Of a stretch of DNA of 64,000 bases, positions 51,831 through 63,055 are shown piece after piece. The notes under the pieces are model-generated. The model saw only the letters and a list, made by a program, of their open reading frames with translations. It was not told where the DNA came from and made no database searches. The stretch's first letter is position 1. The number at the start of each line of letters is the position of its first letter. A program made the position numbers and the translations under genes. This stretch comes from Acanthaster planci (lineage: Eukaryota): the NCBI RefSeq assembly GCF_001949145.1, contig NW_019091362.1:124001-188000 (forward strand). The letters run 5' to 3'.

Positions 51831-54800
51831 CCGGTGCTATATCAGCTTCATGGATCGCCACATTCCAAGTCTCCACAGCACAGACTACCAATCACGCAAT
51901 GTCATGAACACATCAACACTACGTATAAAGAGACTTCACCAGACTCTAGTTATCCCTTGACCAATGGAGGGCATCCTGTTGATTCTCTTGATCTGTATCC
52001 ATTACACCGAACCATGCCAGATACCAGCTTGGATTTGCTATCCCCTCAGCGGGAGCAGTTGATGTACTCACAAAACTGTGAGACATTCGCTGAGTACCGA
52101 CGTGGGCAGCTCTCCTCCAGGAGCAATGGACACCACCACCACCACAGCAGCATGATCAGTTTTAATGTTGCTGAGAATGATGTAAATGACGGAGCTGGTG
52201 AAGTCATGGGACTTGAAGATCTGGAATGGGAGCACACATTACTATCTCCTGCCTCCCAGCGACACTTAGGAGAGATGGGAAAGCCTGTCCGCCATTTGCC
52301 AAATGGACTAGTAACCAGTCCTGCCAAGGCACTGGCACTCAGGAACTGTTATGCAAATTCAAATGCAGAGAGGAAACTAGGAGGTGGTTTGGGATGTAGC
52401 AGAGAAGCAGGAAGGAATGGTTTCAGTCTTGGGGAGCAATACACCAAACCCTTTGTCCACGCACCTTTTCACTATGCCCAGAGCCTTCTCCAAGAGTTGA
52501 AGGACATCAGCAGCAGTGTTAAAAGTTTTGAGACCTTGACTCTTGAGCCTAAGTCTGGTGTGCAGCAGAAACGCAAAGCAAGCTTGGAGATACAACCCCC
52601 TCAGTCCAGACAGAAAGTAGTCCGGTCTCAGCCAGGCAGACCACCAGACCATATCTTCACGTTGTCATCTTCAGGACAAGGGAGTGGCTATGATGCTGGC
52701 CCTGCTCTTGCAAGGGGAAATGGAGACAGTAGCTGCTCCATGACAAGCTCGGAGAGTATCGAAACCATGCTGGAAAGACAGACTTCCATCACACCCTTCC
52801 CAGATTCCAAGACAGAGAACAATCAACAAGGAAAACAACAATATCATGAGCAGCATAACCCTCCATCCAGGGACACAGACAGCAACAGGGTTCAATACCA
52901 AGAAACTCAGGCTGAACAGTCTTCAGAGGCCTTACTTAAGCAGTATTTCCAAGGACTGAATGGTTCTGTTACATCAGAGAAATGCCAGACCAATCCAGAA
53001 TCTGTGAATCAGCTGCACCAAGTCCAGAGCAGCAGAATAATAGCTGATGCTTCCTCTTACTCTCCGCAGATTGAGAGGAAACGAGATGCCTGTCTGTCAG
53101 AGCCAAACAGAGACAATCCTGCACAACAAAAAACTTCTGTTTGTCGAAGTCTCTCTGAGAACTCTTCACAGTCACCAACTTTACAGAGGAATTTGTGTAA
53201 TGCTACGTTAGCTCACAGAAGAGACATCAGTAATAATGGTCCCAAACAGGAAAAATCTCCCACACTGAATAGGAACACATTAACACCAACGCATGATAGC
53301 AGATATCTCAAGAACAATACCATGAAACACTCCCAGACTCTACCAGACTCATACAAGATTCAGAGAAATTTGGGATCATCTTTGAAGTCACCCCAGTCAC
53401 CTGGGTCAGGCAGGAATGCAGTTGCTTTTTCAAAACAGTCAGGGTCCATCAACAAGACATCACAGTTTCCAAAACCTTTAACTGGTGGTATTGACCAGTC
53501 TGGGAGCTCTCCAATTCCATCTGGAAGTTGGAAAGTCCCCGTGCAGCCAAGTACTGGTGGAAATCAGCTAAGCCCTCACCATCGAACAAAACACAGTAGT
53601 GGAGTCTGGCATTCGGCCCAGTCCCCTGTCCTACCAAACAGACACAGAAATTTAACTTATCCAAGACCCCACAGGCACCTCTCAGAACCTAGTAGCAGAA
53701 ATGCCAAAGGAGACCAGAGTTGTCATACAGGGGCTCCTCACGGTATTAGACCACCCAATAGCTTCCCAGTGGAGCTGACCAGTCCAACGGTTGGTAAACA
53801 TCGTCAGAGCTCATCTGCACCAACCAGCCCTTCAACTGAATGCTTAACTGCCCGAATGCATCAGCGAAACATTGCTCGGAAGATGTCACCTCGTGTTCGT
53901 AAACCTGAAACCAGCCAACAGAAGCACAGGGACAAAATACCAACACTCTCAGGAAATGAAAAGAAAGCCCTTCAGCAGACAAGTAACATGTCTGCAGGTG
54001 CGCCTGAACCAGACGTCAGTGGTGTTAGTGGTGATGTGAGAACTCAGAAATCAAGAGAAGATGCACCAAGTAGACCTTCAGATCTCCTCCTTCCATCCAA
54101 AGAGATCAGTAATCATAAACCATCAGATACTATCCAACATCGGCAAAACTCTGAAGTAGATGTCTCAAACAGCAAAGCCATACCAGATAACAGAGATCTG
54201 ATAACCTCTGAAATGCAGGTTCCAGTGGCTAACAGGTCACAAACAAATCCAGAAGAGAACAGGAGACAGCACCAGGATGCTGAAAATTCAACCCAGAGCA
54301 GAGATAAATTTGAAGAGGTCCTCCAAGCCCATGATAACAGAAATGAGCGAGAGAGTTACACCGAGATTGAGAATGTTATCATAGCGTATTCATCACAGGG
54401 TGACAACCAAAACAACCTGCCGGATTCCAAGCTTGATGAAGTTTTATTTAATTCTTCCAGTAATGATGCTTCAGAGAGTGCAACAAAACAAGATGAGGCA
54501 CAAAGTGTCAAGGCCTTAGAAGAGAAAATGCAGCAAAATAACCAGAAAAGGCCAGGACCAAATTACAGTAGAATCAGTGAAGTTGGTAGAAAGTCTCATG
54601 ACAATCGAGTGGGATCTTTCATGAGAGCGACTTCTCTCCCAGTGGATTCAGGAGATTCTTGTAGGCCACCAAATGATGCCACAACTAAACCTTCAGTCAC
54701 AAACATTGATGAACTACCAATCCGTGGCTTCAATGCATCATTAGAGGCTGCCATCACTCCAAAGACCAGTAGCCAATCAGACCAAACCCAGTATCCTGAT

Positions 54801-55202
54801 ACCAGAAAAGAACAGGAAACACCTAACATGAGACTCCCCAGAAGTAGTGGCAAACCTTTTACATCAACTCCTTGCCAGCAAACAAACAGTGCTGTTACAG
54901 AAGGAGACTGTAACAATGAGGGCAAATCCTCCGGAAAACTAACAGCAGAAAAACCTGATACAGACAGCACGAAGAGACACAGTCCATTTCACATTGGAAC
55001 TCTTGGATCCTCTCCAAGGCTACCGGGAAGGCACCAATCAGCTGCAGTCCATCTGGAGAGTCAGAGGAGAGTTGTGAGTGATCCAGCATGCCAGCACAGC
55101 TTGTCGTACGAGTCGCTGCAATCCAACCAATCAGAGGGCTCGGCAGATTGGGGGAGTCCGGTGAGGAATGGAGCCACCCCAAAGAAGCCAGCAACCCCAT
55201 TG
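51831..55202 (+). CDS. NCKAP5: NCKAP5-like giant coding exon (about 3.4 kb, about 1,120 aa), low-complexity S/P/Q/N-rich
   Basis: Acceptor ttttattttcactcctgtag; 1143-codon ORF 51834..55265. The 3' end is uncertain: phase-0 donors after 55160 (CCG|gtgagg) or 55202 (TTG|gtgggt). Confidence 0.88.
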
Positions 55203-56094
55203 GTGGGTCTCTTTCTCCATCCATTGGTATTTGCCTGCTGTCTGTGTTGTTCTTTTCAAAGCTGACGTATTCTTAGACATAAATTTAACATTTTTGTATT
55301 TTAATGTGCGTTATGCATCATTTCCTGTTATTATGTACCGTTAGCAACACCACAAACTAATTCATACTTTGTTGTTTCGTACACTTCACGAAAACTGTGA
55401 AGTAACCAAAAGAGGCATCATGCGCACGCAGTTTTCATGAAATCACACATGAGCATGTTGTGCATATACATTTCAGAGAAACCTACTTAAGAATGTTTCA
55501 CACAAATTATCCATTCTTTACTTGTGAAATATAGAAGCATTTAACCAGAAATAATTCATTTGTAGGAAATTAATAAAGATTTTATTTCCTGAAAACAAAA
55601 ATGTTCTGACACTTATATTTATTGGTTTTTGAAAAGGAATATTATGGCAGCTGTAAATCCTACGTGCAAGACGCGCACACAAACTTGTGTCACAGATCAT
55701 GAAATAAGAATTATGGCAACAGTAAATTCTCTGCCCAAGCCGTTCAAGGTTCACCTTTGCGTTAGTTTGTGGTGACAGTGACGATATATCATAAGAACAA
55801 AAAACATTCTCAGTTTTGCACTTATCATTTTTTTTTTAAACTTGTTAGTCAGCAAAAACTAGTCTGCGGTACATATTTATGTTGGTTGTCCCTATCACAT
55901 TTTGTCCTACAATGGTTTATCATGGAATTGATTTGTATTTGCTAACCATCCCGTGTAAAAATGAAAGTAATGCCTTTCAGAATCCTACTGTTTTTCTCAA
56001 CTGATCTGAGTGGAAGGGTTGGGATTGTGGAGTAAATTGCAAAATCCTGTAACTTCTGTCAGTACTGATCACCTCTTGTTTTGTGGATCTGTAG

Positions 56095-56238
56095 AGTGAG
56101 ATTCTGTGGAGTGGTTCAGACAGTGATGACGAGGAGGAAAATGTTAACTTTGTGGAGATGTGGAAGGCACGCAACTCTTCCCCAATGAAACTACCAGACT
56201 GGAACCCAAGGAAGAGTGTTGAAGACTACAAGAAGAAG
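56095..56238 (+). CDS. NCKAP5: NCKAP5-like coding exon, 144 nt: SEILWSGSDSDDEEENVNFVEMWKARNSSPMKLPDWNPRKSVEDYKKK
   Basis: Acceptor ...ggatctgtag, donor AAG|gttaga, phase 0/0, open frame, purine-rich exon-like composition. Confidence 0.8.
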
Positions 56239-56439
56239 GTTAGAGCCAATTCCTTGTTAGACCCTTTAGTTTTGGCTTGAGTGTCTTTCATCTTAATCCC
56301 ATTTTTTTCGTAGTAATTACATGGACATTGAAAGGATCTTTGTTCCTTCTCATATCTGTGAACCAAGTCAATAGGGCAGGGTTACATACAAGAGTACGGA
56401 TGATGGTCACTATTGCCTACTCTCGTCCTCATTTTGCAG

Positions 56440-58095
56440 ATGCAGGAGTCTCTGTCAAGTAACTCAGAGAGGCCAGACAGCGTGACTTCCTCCACGTCCA
56501 GTGAGCAGTGGCTTCTCAACTATCCTCTTGACAAGATCTCACCACCGACGAGTCTGACCAGACCCTCCAAAACCAACGGCAGAAAGGAGCCAGTCAGAAG
56601 CAGCTCCGTGAAGAACTCAGAGTCCAAGACTCAGGAAGGCAAAGCCTCCCTGAGCAGCTCCAAGTCAGCACCTGCCACTAAAACCAATGGCTCTTTGAAG
56701 AGAAATGCGGGTGTGGGCAAGAAAACCAGCGGAGGTGATCGAATCAAGTCTTCCGGCAGTGATAATAGTAGCCTGGGAGAGAACTCAATGATGGCAGACT
56801 TTGTGTCCAGTATCATGACAGAGATCTCTGCTGGAGAGTTCGGCAAGAGCTGTATCAGTCTGGACTCGGGTCTTAAGGACAAGAAGAAAGCTCCAAAAAT
56901 GGGCATATCAGAACAACGAATCAATTCCAATACGAGGGCCAAGTGTAATTCACTGCCCTCTAACCATTCACAGTTCCTCTCGCTGTCCATCCAGAGCAGC
57001 CCCAAAAGTCCTCAAGCACCCACTAAACCAGTCACTAAAACTCTGTCAGCATCATCAGGATCAAAACAAATCAAGTCCAAATTCAAAGAAACAAGACGCA
57101 AGAGTTCATTGTCAGGAATCCCCAAAGCTGTTACAGAGAAGAATTTCAAATTGTACAAAGGACAATCCTCGAGGAAGTCAGATCAGCAGGTGAAACAACA
57201 AGCAGAGGCCACTACCAAGGAAGATCCCAACGACTATAATCAAGTCAAGAAAAGAGAGCCCAAAGGAAGAAGCCGTATCCCCAAACTCATCAGGAATAGC
57301 TTCCGGAGTCAAAAGTCAGAGAACCCTGGCAAGAAGAAGACTCCAAAGGGCAGTAAGAAGGCATCCCTTGATGATCATAAAATCCAGATGACATGCAATG
57401 TGCCTGGTGAACAGAGCAGCAACACTGAACAGGGAGGTGCCCAGTCACAGGCCTGGATGCGACGCGATGTCCGTAGAGGGAGGTCTCCTCTCGAACCCAG
57501 AGGGAGCAAAGATGCCAAGAAATCTGTAGAATCCAGACTTGTCAGTGCAGAAATGCCTTACATTGATGACACGGGCGCGAGTCCAGTCAAGCCATTGGGT
57601 TGTGAAAAATGCAACTTGTGTTCCAACGGAGAACAGATCAGCAGTGATTGCTCTCACGCTCATCAGGCGCGAAAGAACACAGGCACAGGCGAGGCTACCC
57701 ATTCTGATGATCATGTCAATCTCTCAGTCAACAATGTCTGGAAAAAGAACAATCAATCAAATACCGACTGGAATTCCCCAAAGTCCTCACTTGATGCTGC
57801 CAACCAGAAACTAATACATGACATTGAGCAGGGTCATCTCTGCAGTGACTCTGAATGCCAACTCACATCAAGGACCTGGGCACCGCAACTCAACAGTAAC
57901 AACAAGGGCAGTTACGAGAGAAGTCTACAGACAAGAGAACCAATGGAAGGAGGGAAGGAGGAAATGAGAACATCAGGGAAACAGTACAAAGTGCCACTGG
58001 TTAATGAAGACATGATGGAGGACTTTGATGTGGAAGAGCTGTGTGATGAAGAATCAGAAGATGCAAGGGAGAACTCAGCTCAGCTTAGTGAGAAG
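56440..58095 (+). CDS. NCKAP5: NCKAP5-like large coding exon, 1656 nt, S/K-rich, with SGIP and SRIP motifs
   Basis: Acceptor ctcgtcctcattttgcag, donor AAG|gtaaga; within the 589-codon ORF 56413..58182. Confidence 0.88.
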
Positions 58096-58517
58096 GTAAG
58101 ATTCATCAAACATGTAGATCTTGTTAGCTTAAGGAGGAATATGGACATGATGATCACTTCCTGTACATTATGTACATTGTGACTAATTGACTTTACAGTT
58201 ACCATTACACTACTAAATGTGCTTATAGGGAGACACTTTGTTGTAAAAACAAACAAAAAACAAAACTCAGGGAGACATTCAGCATTAAGGAAACATGTTG
58301 AAGTGTCCCCACTGTTATTAGTGCCAGGAGACCAAATATTTTTTTCTTGTTGGACAGTTTTAATAAATCAGATTCGTACAAAAACATTTGCAAGGTTGGT
58401 TGGGTTAGGTTTTGTCATTTTATAGTTCACGGATGTAGTTAATACAGTTTTCACTATCATCATCACAATTGTTAACTGTGGTCTGTAACATCTCCTACGT
58501 TGTGCTTTCCTTGACAG

Positions 58518-58656
58518 GAAAGAGCCAATCTCCTGGACTCGTTGTTTGAGAGTGAAACAGATGAGGAGGAGGAAGAAGGAAGGGAGAGCCTTGATACATC
58601 CTCAGACAGCCATCCAGATGAGAAACAGTTCCTTAAACTCTTAGGAGGAGACAGAG
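58518..58656 (+). CDS. NCKAP5: NCKAP5-like coding exon, 139 nt, phase 0/1, acidic: ERANLLDSLFESETDEEEEEGRESLDTSSDSHPDEKQFLKLLGGDR
   Basis: Acceptor tgctttccttgacag, donor G|gtaaag; the phase matches the next exon. Confidence 0.78.
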
Positions 58657-59327
58657 GTAAAGAAGCTGATAAAGAGGGCATTCAGTGATGGCATGTATTA
58701 TCAAGATAGATAGTGTGCTCATCAACTATTTCTGCATATCACTCATTGGAACCTAGTTGTGCATTGCAGTACACATGGAAAAAGGAGAATAAACAAGATT
58801 TTTTTTTGCGTTGGGGAGATGTTAATTAATGTAACATTGCTTATTAACCCTCCTATGCTGAAGTCCCTCTTTGGGTCACTTGGTAAACACCTCAATGAAG
58901 CACAGCTGTGCCGTGTTGTGCACTGCACCAACATGTTAGAGAGTGACCTTGGGCACTTGTGCATATTTGTGCTGTAAAACCAAAGAAGGGTTAATATACC
59001 TTGGGTAAGGGCAAAAACCTGTTGTATAAAGAGAATAAACAAGTGAAAAGAAAAACACAAGGAGGAAATGGGATAGAAATTGCCTGCTTGTTTGAAAATA
59101 TCTTGGAATCGACATCCTCCTACTGCAAGTAGTTCAACAGTTTGCTGCTGATGAGTGCTTCCCCCCCCCACCCCCGAAGAAAAACCAGCCTGGGAAAAAT
59201 CATGGAGATTTTAGGTTTCTTGATTAGACCTCATCAAGCACAGGAGCTCCATTTGGCATTTGAGCCTCCACACATGATGCCTAATGGTGTCCAGTTCTTG
59301 TTCTGAATGCACTATTCAGTCAGTATA

Positions 59328-59457
59328 NNNNNNNNNNNNNNNNNNNNNNNNNNNNNNNNNNNNNNNNNNNNNNNNNNNNNNNNNNNNNNNNNNNNNNNNN
59401 NNNNNNNNNNNNNNNNNNNNNNNNNNNNNNNNNNNNNNNNNNNNNNNNNNNNNNNNN
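59328..59457. other. Assembly gap (N run)
   Basis: Uninterrupted Ns in the intron between exons 58518-58656 and 59554-59747. Confidence 1.
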
Positions 59458-59553
59458 GGTTTAGTGAGAGTGCAAACTGTCACATTGCCAGATAAAAAAT
59501 GTAAAAAGATACATTTTAAAATCATTTCATTGATTTCTTTTTTTTTCAAACAG

Positions 59554-59747
59554 CATCTGGCTGGAAGCGTCAAGTTGTTCGTCCCCAAGCCACCTACTGT
59601 CACGTTTCTATCTTGCAGCTGGATCTGCAGGCATTGTACACACGGTTTGGTGACAAAGAGAAGGAAGCACTCTCCAGCTTTGGCTTCTTGAAAGGGGAGG
59701 ATTTTAAGTTAGAGAACACAGTCACACCCATGCCAGCTCAGATCAAT
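59554..59747 (+). CDS. NCKAP5: NCKAP5-like coding exon, 194 nt, phase 1/0: (A)SGWKRQVVRPQATYCHVSILQLDLQALYTRFGDKEKEALSSFGFLKGEDFKLENTVTPMPAQIN
   Basis: Strong acceptor ttttttttttcaaacag, donor gtaagt; in frame with ORF 59613..59969. Confidence 0.78.
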
Positions 59748-60741
59748 GTAAGTATCATTGTGTTGATACCTACCTTTTATTTTGTCGACAGGCCATGTCA
59801 AATTTGTTGTGTGGGTGTCATCTTAGTCTGGAGCCTAGAAGTCACTTTGAAGACACTAAGACACAACAAAGGGAGTCTGGGGCAGCAGACCTTTTTGAGA
59901 GATACAGACCTTCAAACAAACCTTGCTCTACAAACTGTCGACATTTTTCACCCTCCCTGTCCCTGTTAATCAGGAGATCAAACTAACTGACAGATTGGCA
60001 TTATAAGCTGAGTGTACTCTCTGTTAGGTTTGTGAAAATAGAAGTGAATAAACAGCTTCTGACTACTTGGAAACTGATTGCCCAGTGCAGACATTGCTTT
60101 TGCTACAGTTCTTTATTTTATAACCGTATGCTGCTGGGGAGCCCGGTTTCAGGCACATAGGCTTTATACACGAAACCAAGGAGCCTCAAACCAGACAAAA
60201 GAGCTAGGCCTTGTAACAAACGATCGTAATCGGAACAAAAGACCGAGCTGCTGGGAATTGCCAACATTTTGTTCAGTTGTCAATAGCGGAGGAAATCTGT
60301 CTTTATTTTGAGAGATTATACCACTGTTTGTGGCATTCAGCACGAGCAGATTACCACCAGGGACAAAAGTGCTCCAGAGATGAGCGATGCAATACCACTG
60401 CACGTTAATCTGGCCCCTATTGAAAGATGTCAGCAGCGCACTGTGCCAGTTTCAGGAACAAAAAAAAGTTACATAACACTGCACAATTTGGGCTCTTTTT
60501 ACAAGGCGGCAGGCCTGGCTGAAACACTCAGGCATCAATAATGCTGTCTGTCAGATTAGAGTAGTCACCAGACAGTTATTCGTGTAGGTGTAAAAGGCCA
60601 GTAAATGAACCTATGATTTTATGAAGAATTTGAAAGCGGAAAATCTTGAAAATCTCCCGGTTTTACATCATGCAACTTCAACTTCCGACCAGCAGCAAGT
60701 GGTTAAGGCCCTGTGTGCATAGCCACTATCGTCGGTACACT

Positions 60742-61713
60742 CATGGAGCTATTAAACACAAGGAGTCAGCACACACAGATCAGAAGGGTCAATGATGGCC
60801 ACTGCAAGGACTGCACATGCTGCAAGGACAAAACAAATACCGCGCCGCTTGTGGGCTACAAGGAATGCTCAGAGTTGCATTTGCAAAGGATCGTGGGTAC
60901 CGCGCATGCGTATCTGTAACACTTCCACATGTTCAACAAGGCCAGGTTGAAACGGAAACCATCGTCATCGGAGACTTAAATTTCGATAATTTTAGTGATT
61001 ATTTTGATTTTCCAATGACAATGAAAGTATGGTTACGTCGTTACATCCCCAAAACGTCTCTCTTAACAATAAACAGAATTACTAATACAAACTTCCCTAA
61101 AAAACACAAGAAAACTGAGCAAATGTAGCTGGTCCAGCGGAAAATAAAGAAACACACAAAAACATGGGAAGATTCGTCGTCCTTTCTGTCATTTTCCACA
61201 ACTGTCTCGGCATGAAACCTCACCACGTTGTCACATGCATTTCTGCAGCATGTTTCTACCTTTTAATCGTAGGAACCACTAGGATTGGAACTTATGATAT
61301 AAATATTGCAGTTCATATTTTGGGTATTTGTTCTCTACCGCCGGAAATGCAAAATGTCATACATGTAACTGACCTTAAAAACATCCAACTTTTGCCAAAT
61401 AACCATCAGTTGGAGTTTCCAAGCGCATCTGCGGGGATCATTCGCTGACTCCTAAGGACTACAGAAGAGAACTGCGCATCTTCTTCGTGCATCTTTTCCA
61501 CCATTTATTTACTCCAGTATGCCACAGTAAAACACGGCGAGTCTGTGGGTTACCAACTACCTGGCGGTGGCAATCACTATGTACAAAGAATGTCTAGGGT
61601 CTTGAACACTGGGGCCTGTGACCACACCTTGCCTGTAAAGCCAACCAGAGCAGTTAATTGGATTACGGTCTGTAGGGACTTCGTTCTTACTCCTTGTGTT
61701 TAATAGCTCCATG
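60742..61713. mobile_element. Non-autonomous P-superfamily-like DNA transposon, 972 bp
   Basis: Perfect 25-bp TIRs CATGGAGCTATTAAACACAAGGAGT (60742-60766 and 61689-61713). Exact 7-bp TSD GTACACT (60735-60741, 61714-61720). CA..TG termini with a 7-8 bp TSD are typical of P elements. Confidence 0.85.
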
Positions 61714-62981
61714 GTACACTGTTGCAAGGAGATGAGTTATGAACGACAGACCAGTTTGGAATAACTTTGCAAAATTGGGATTTGCCAAACTTGCAACCTG
61801 TTTCATTCTTAGTTGACAGAAAGCTGGATGGTTGATTCATGTGTAACCTCACATCTTTACAGCAGTTTTAAACACGTTGTTCATTACATAGACACCAAAC
61901 AGGTGTCTAGCCATGATTGTGGTTACACATCTGTGCCAACGCATTGAGATAAAGTCATTTCTCCAGCATTGTGATCTTGCTTAATTCTTTGTTGTACACA
62001 GAATAATGCCAACAACTTACAATTTGCATTGGATGAGGTCGCTGCCCCCAATCAGAGCCAAGACCAGAGACTTCAGGTTTCAGCATTTAGCCAGCCGTTT
62101 GATGAGAGTTTATCAGTTAGTGATGACGTATCATGTTACAGCCAGTCGTCATCAACGCCAAGTCTGTCATTACATGACTGAAGGAATAATCCTTAAAATG
62201 TCACAAGGATTTGGAAGCAGAAATAGACATGCACAGAATAGTTACTTTGTTTAGCAAAAGCTGCATTGTAAGAAAACATGAGTATATCAGTTAACCTATG
62301 TTTGTTTACCGAGCAAATCTTGAAGTCCGGATTTTTTTTTTCTTTTGGCATTGCATATGAAATAATCCTTTTTATTTTGTTTTCTTTTTGTCTTTACTTT
62401 GAAGGAAAAATTATGAATTATTTCAAAAAATACAAAGGGTCATTCTGTTCACATGTATCAGAAAAAGTAGAAAGCTGGAAAAATTATGGAAGAATTATTG
62501 ATTTTCAGAAGTATTGGGTTTTTATAAGCATTAGGTATTACAGTTCAGTTAAACAGACTACTTGTTTAGGACAGTGGTTATAGATTTCTTCACTGATGAA
62601 TGAGTTGATCTGAAGACACACTTGTCACATGAAGGAGCATTCCAGTGACCATGCACCATTACATACCTCTTAGAATGTGTGCCTAGCTATGCTCAGGTTA
62701 TGACTTTCAGCCGTTAACGGCTGAAGACTTTGTGGTCGTTGGTGATATTTGTTTGAAGACCTTTCTCATATTACCTAAAAAACAACACTAGAGGATCCTT
62801 TGCTTTGTGATGTTGTTTTTAAACAAGAAAATCCACATCCTCCTTGAGTGATCCCTGTTAGCCACTTCCCAGGTTGCATTGTGTAATTGGGGAGTGATCC
62901 CTAGCTGTGTGGTTTAATGGCTTCTGACTAGCGCCCCCCCCCGGGCAAAGATATTGACAAATGGATAGAGCCACCAATGTA

Positions 62982-63055
62982 GGGCTGGATAGTTCAGTTC
63001 GTAGAGCATCGATATGGTATTCCGGAGGTCACAGGTTCAAATGCCACTCTGGTCA
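62982..63055 (+). pseudogene. tRNA-like sequence (pseudo-tRNA or SINE head) inside a larger repeat at about 62820-63140
   Basis: A-box-like TAGTTCAGTTCGTAGAGC and B-box-like GGTTCAAATGCC at tRNA spacing. Stems are mismatched, so a functional tRNA is unlikely. Confidence 0.65.

Noticed and set aside
52046..58681. Several minus-strand and alternate-frame ORFs of 62-124 aa
   Set aside because: Antisense shadows of the large + strand exons; no recognisable domains.
62982..63055. Functional tRNA gene
   Set aside because: Acceptor, anticodon and T stems are mismatched; better explained as a SINE-like or pseudo-tRNA sequence.
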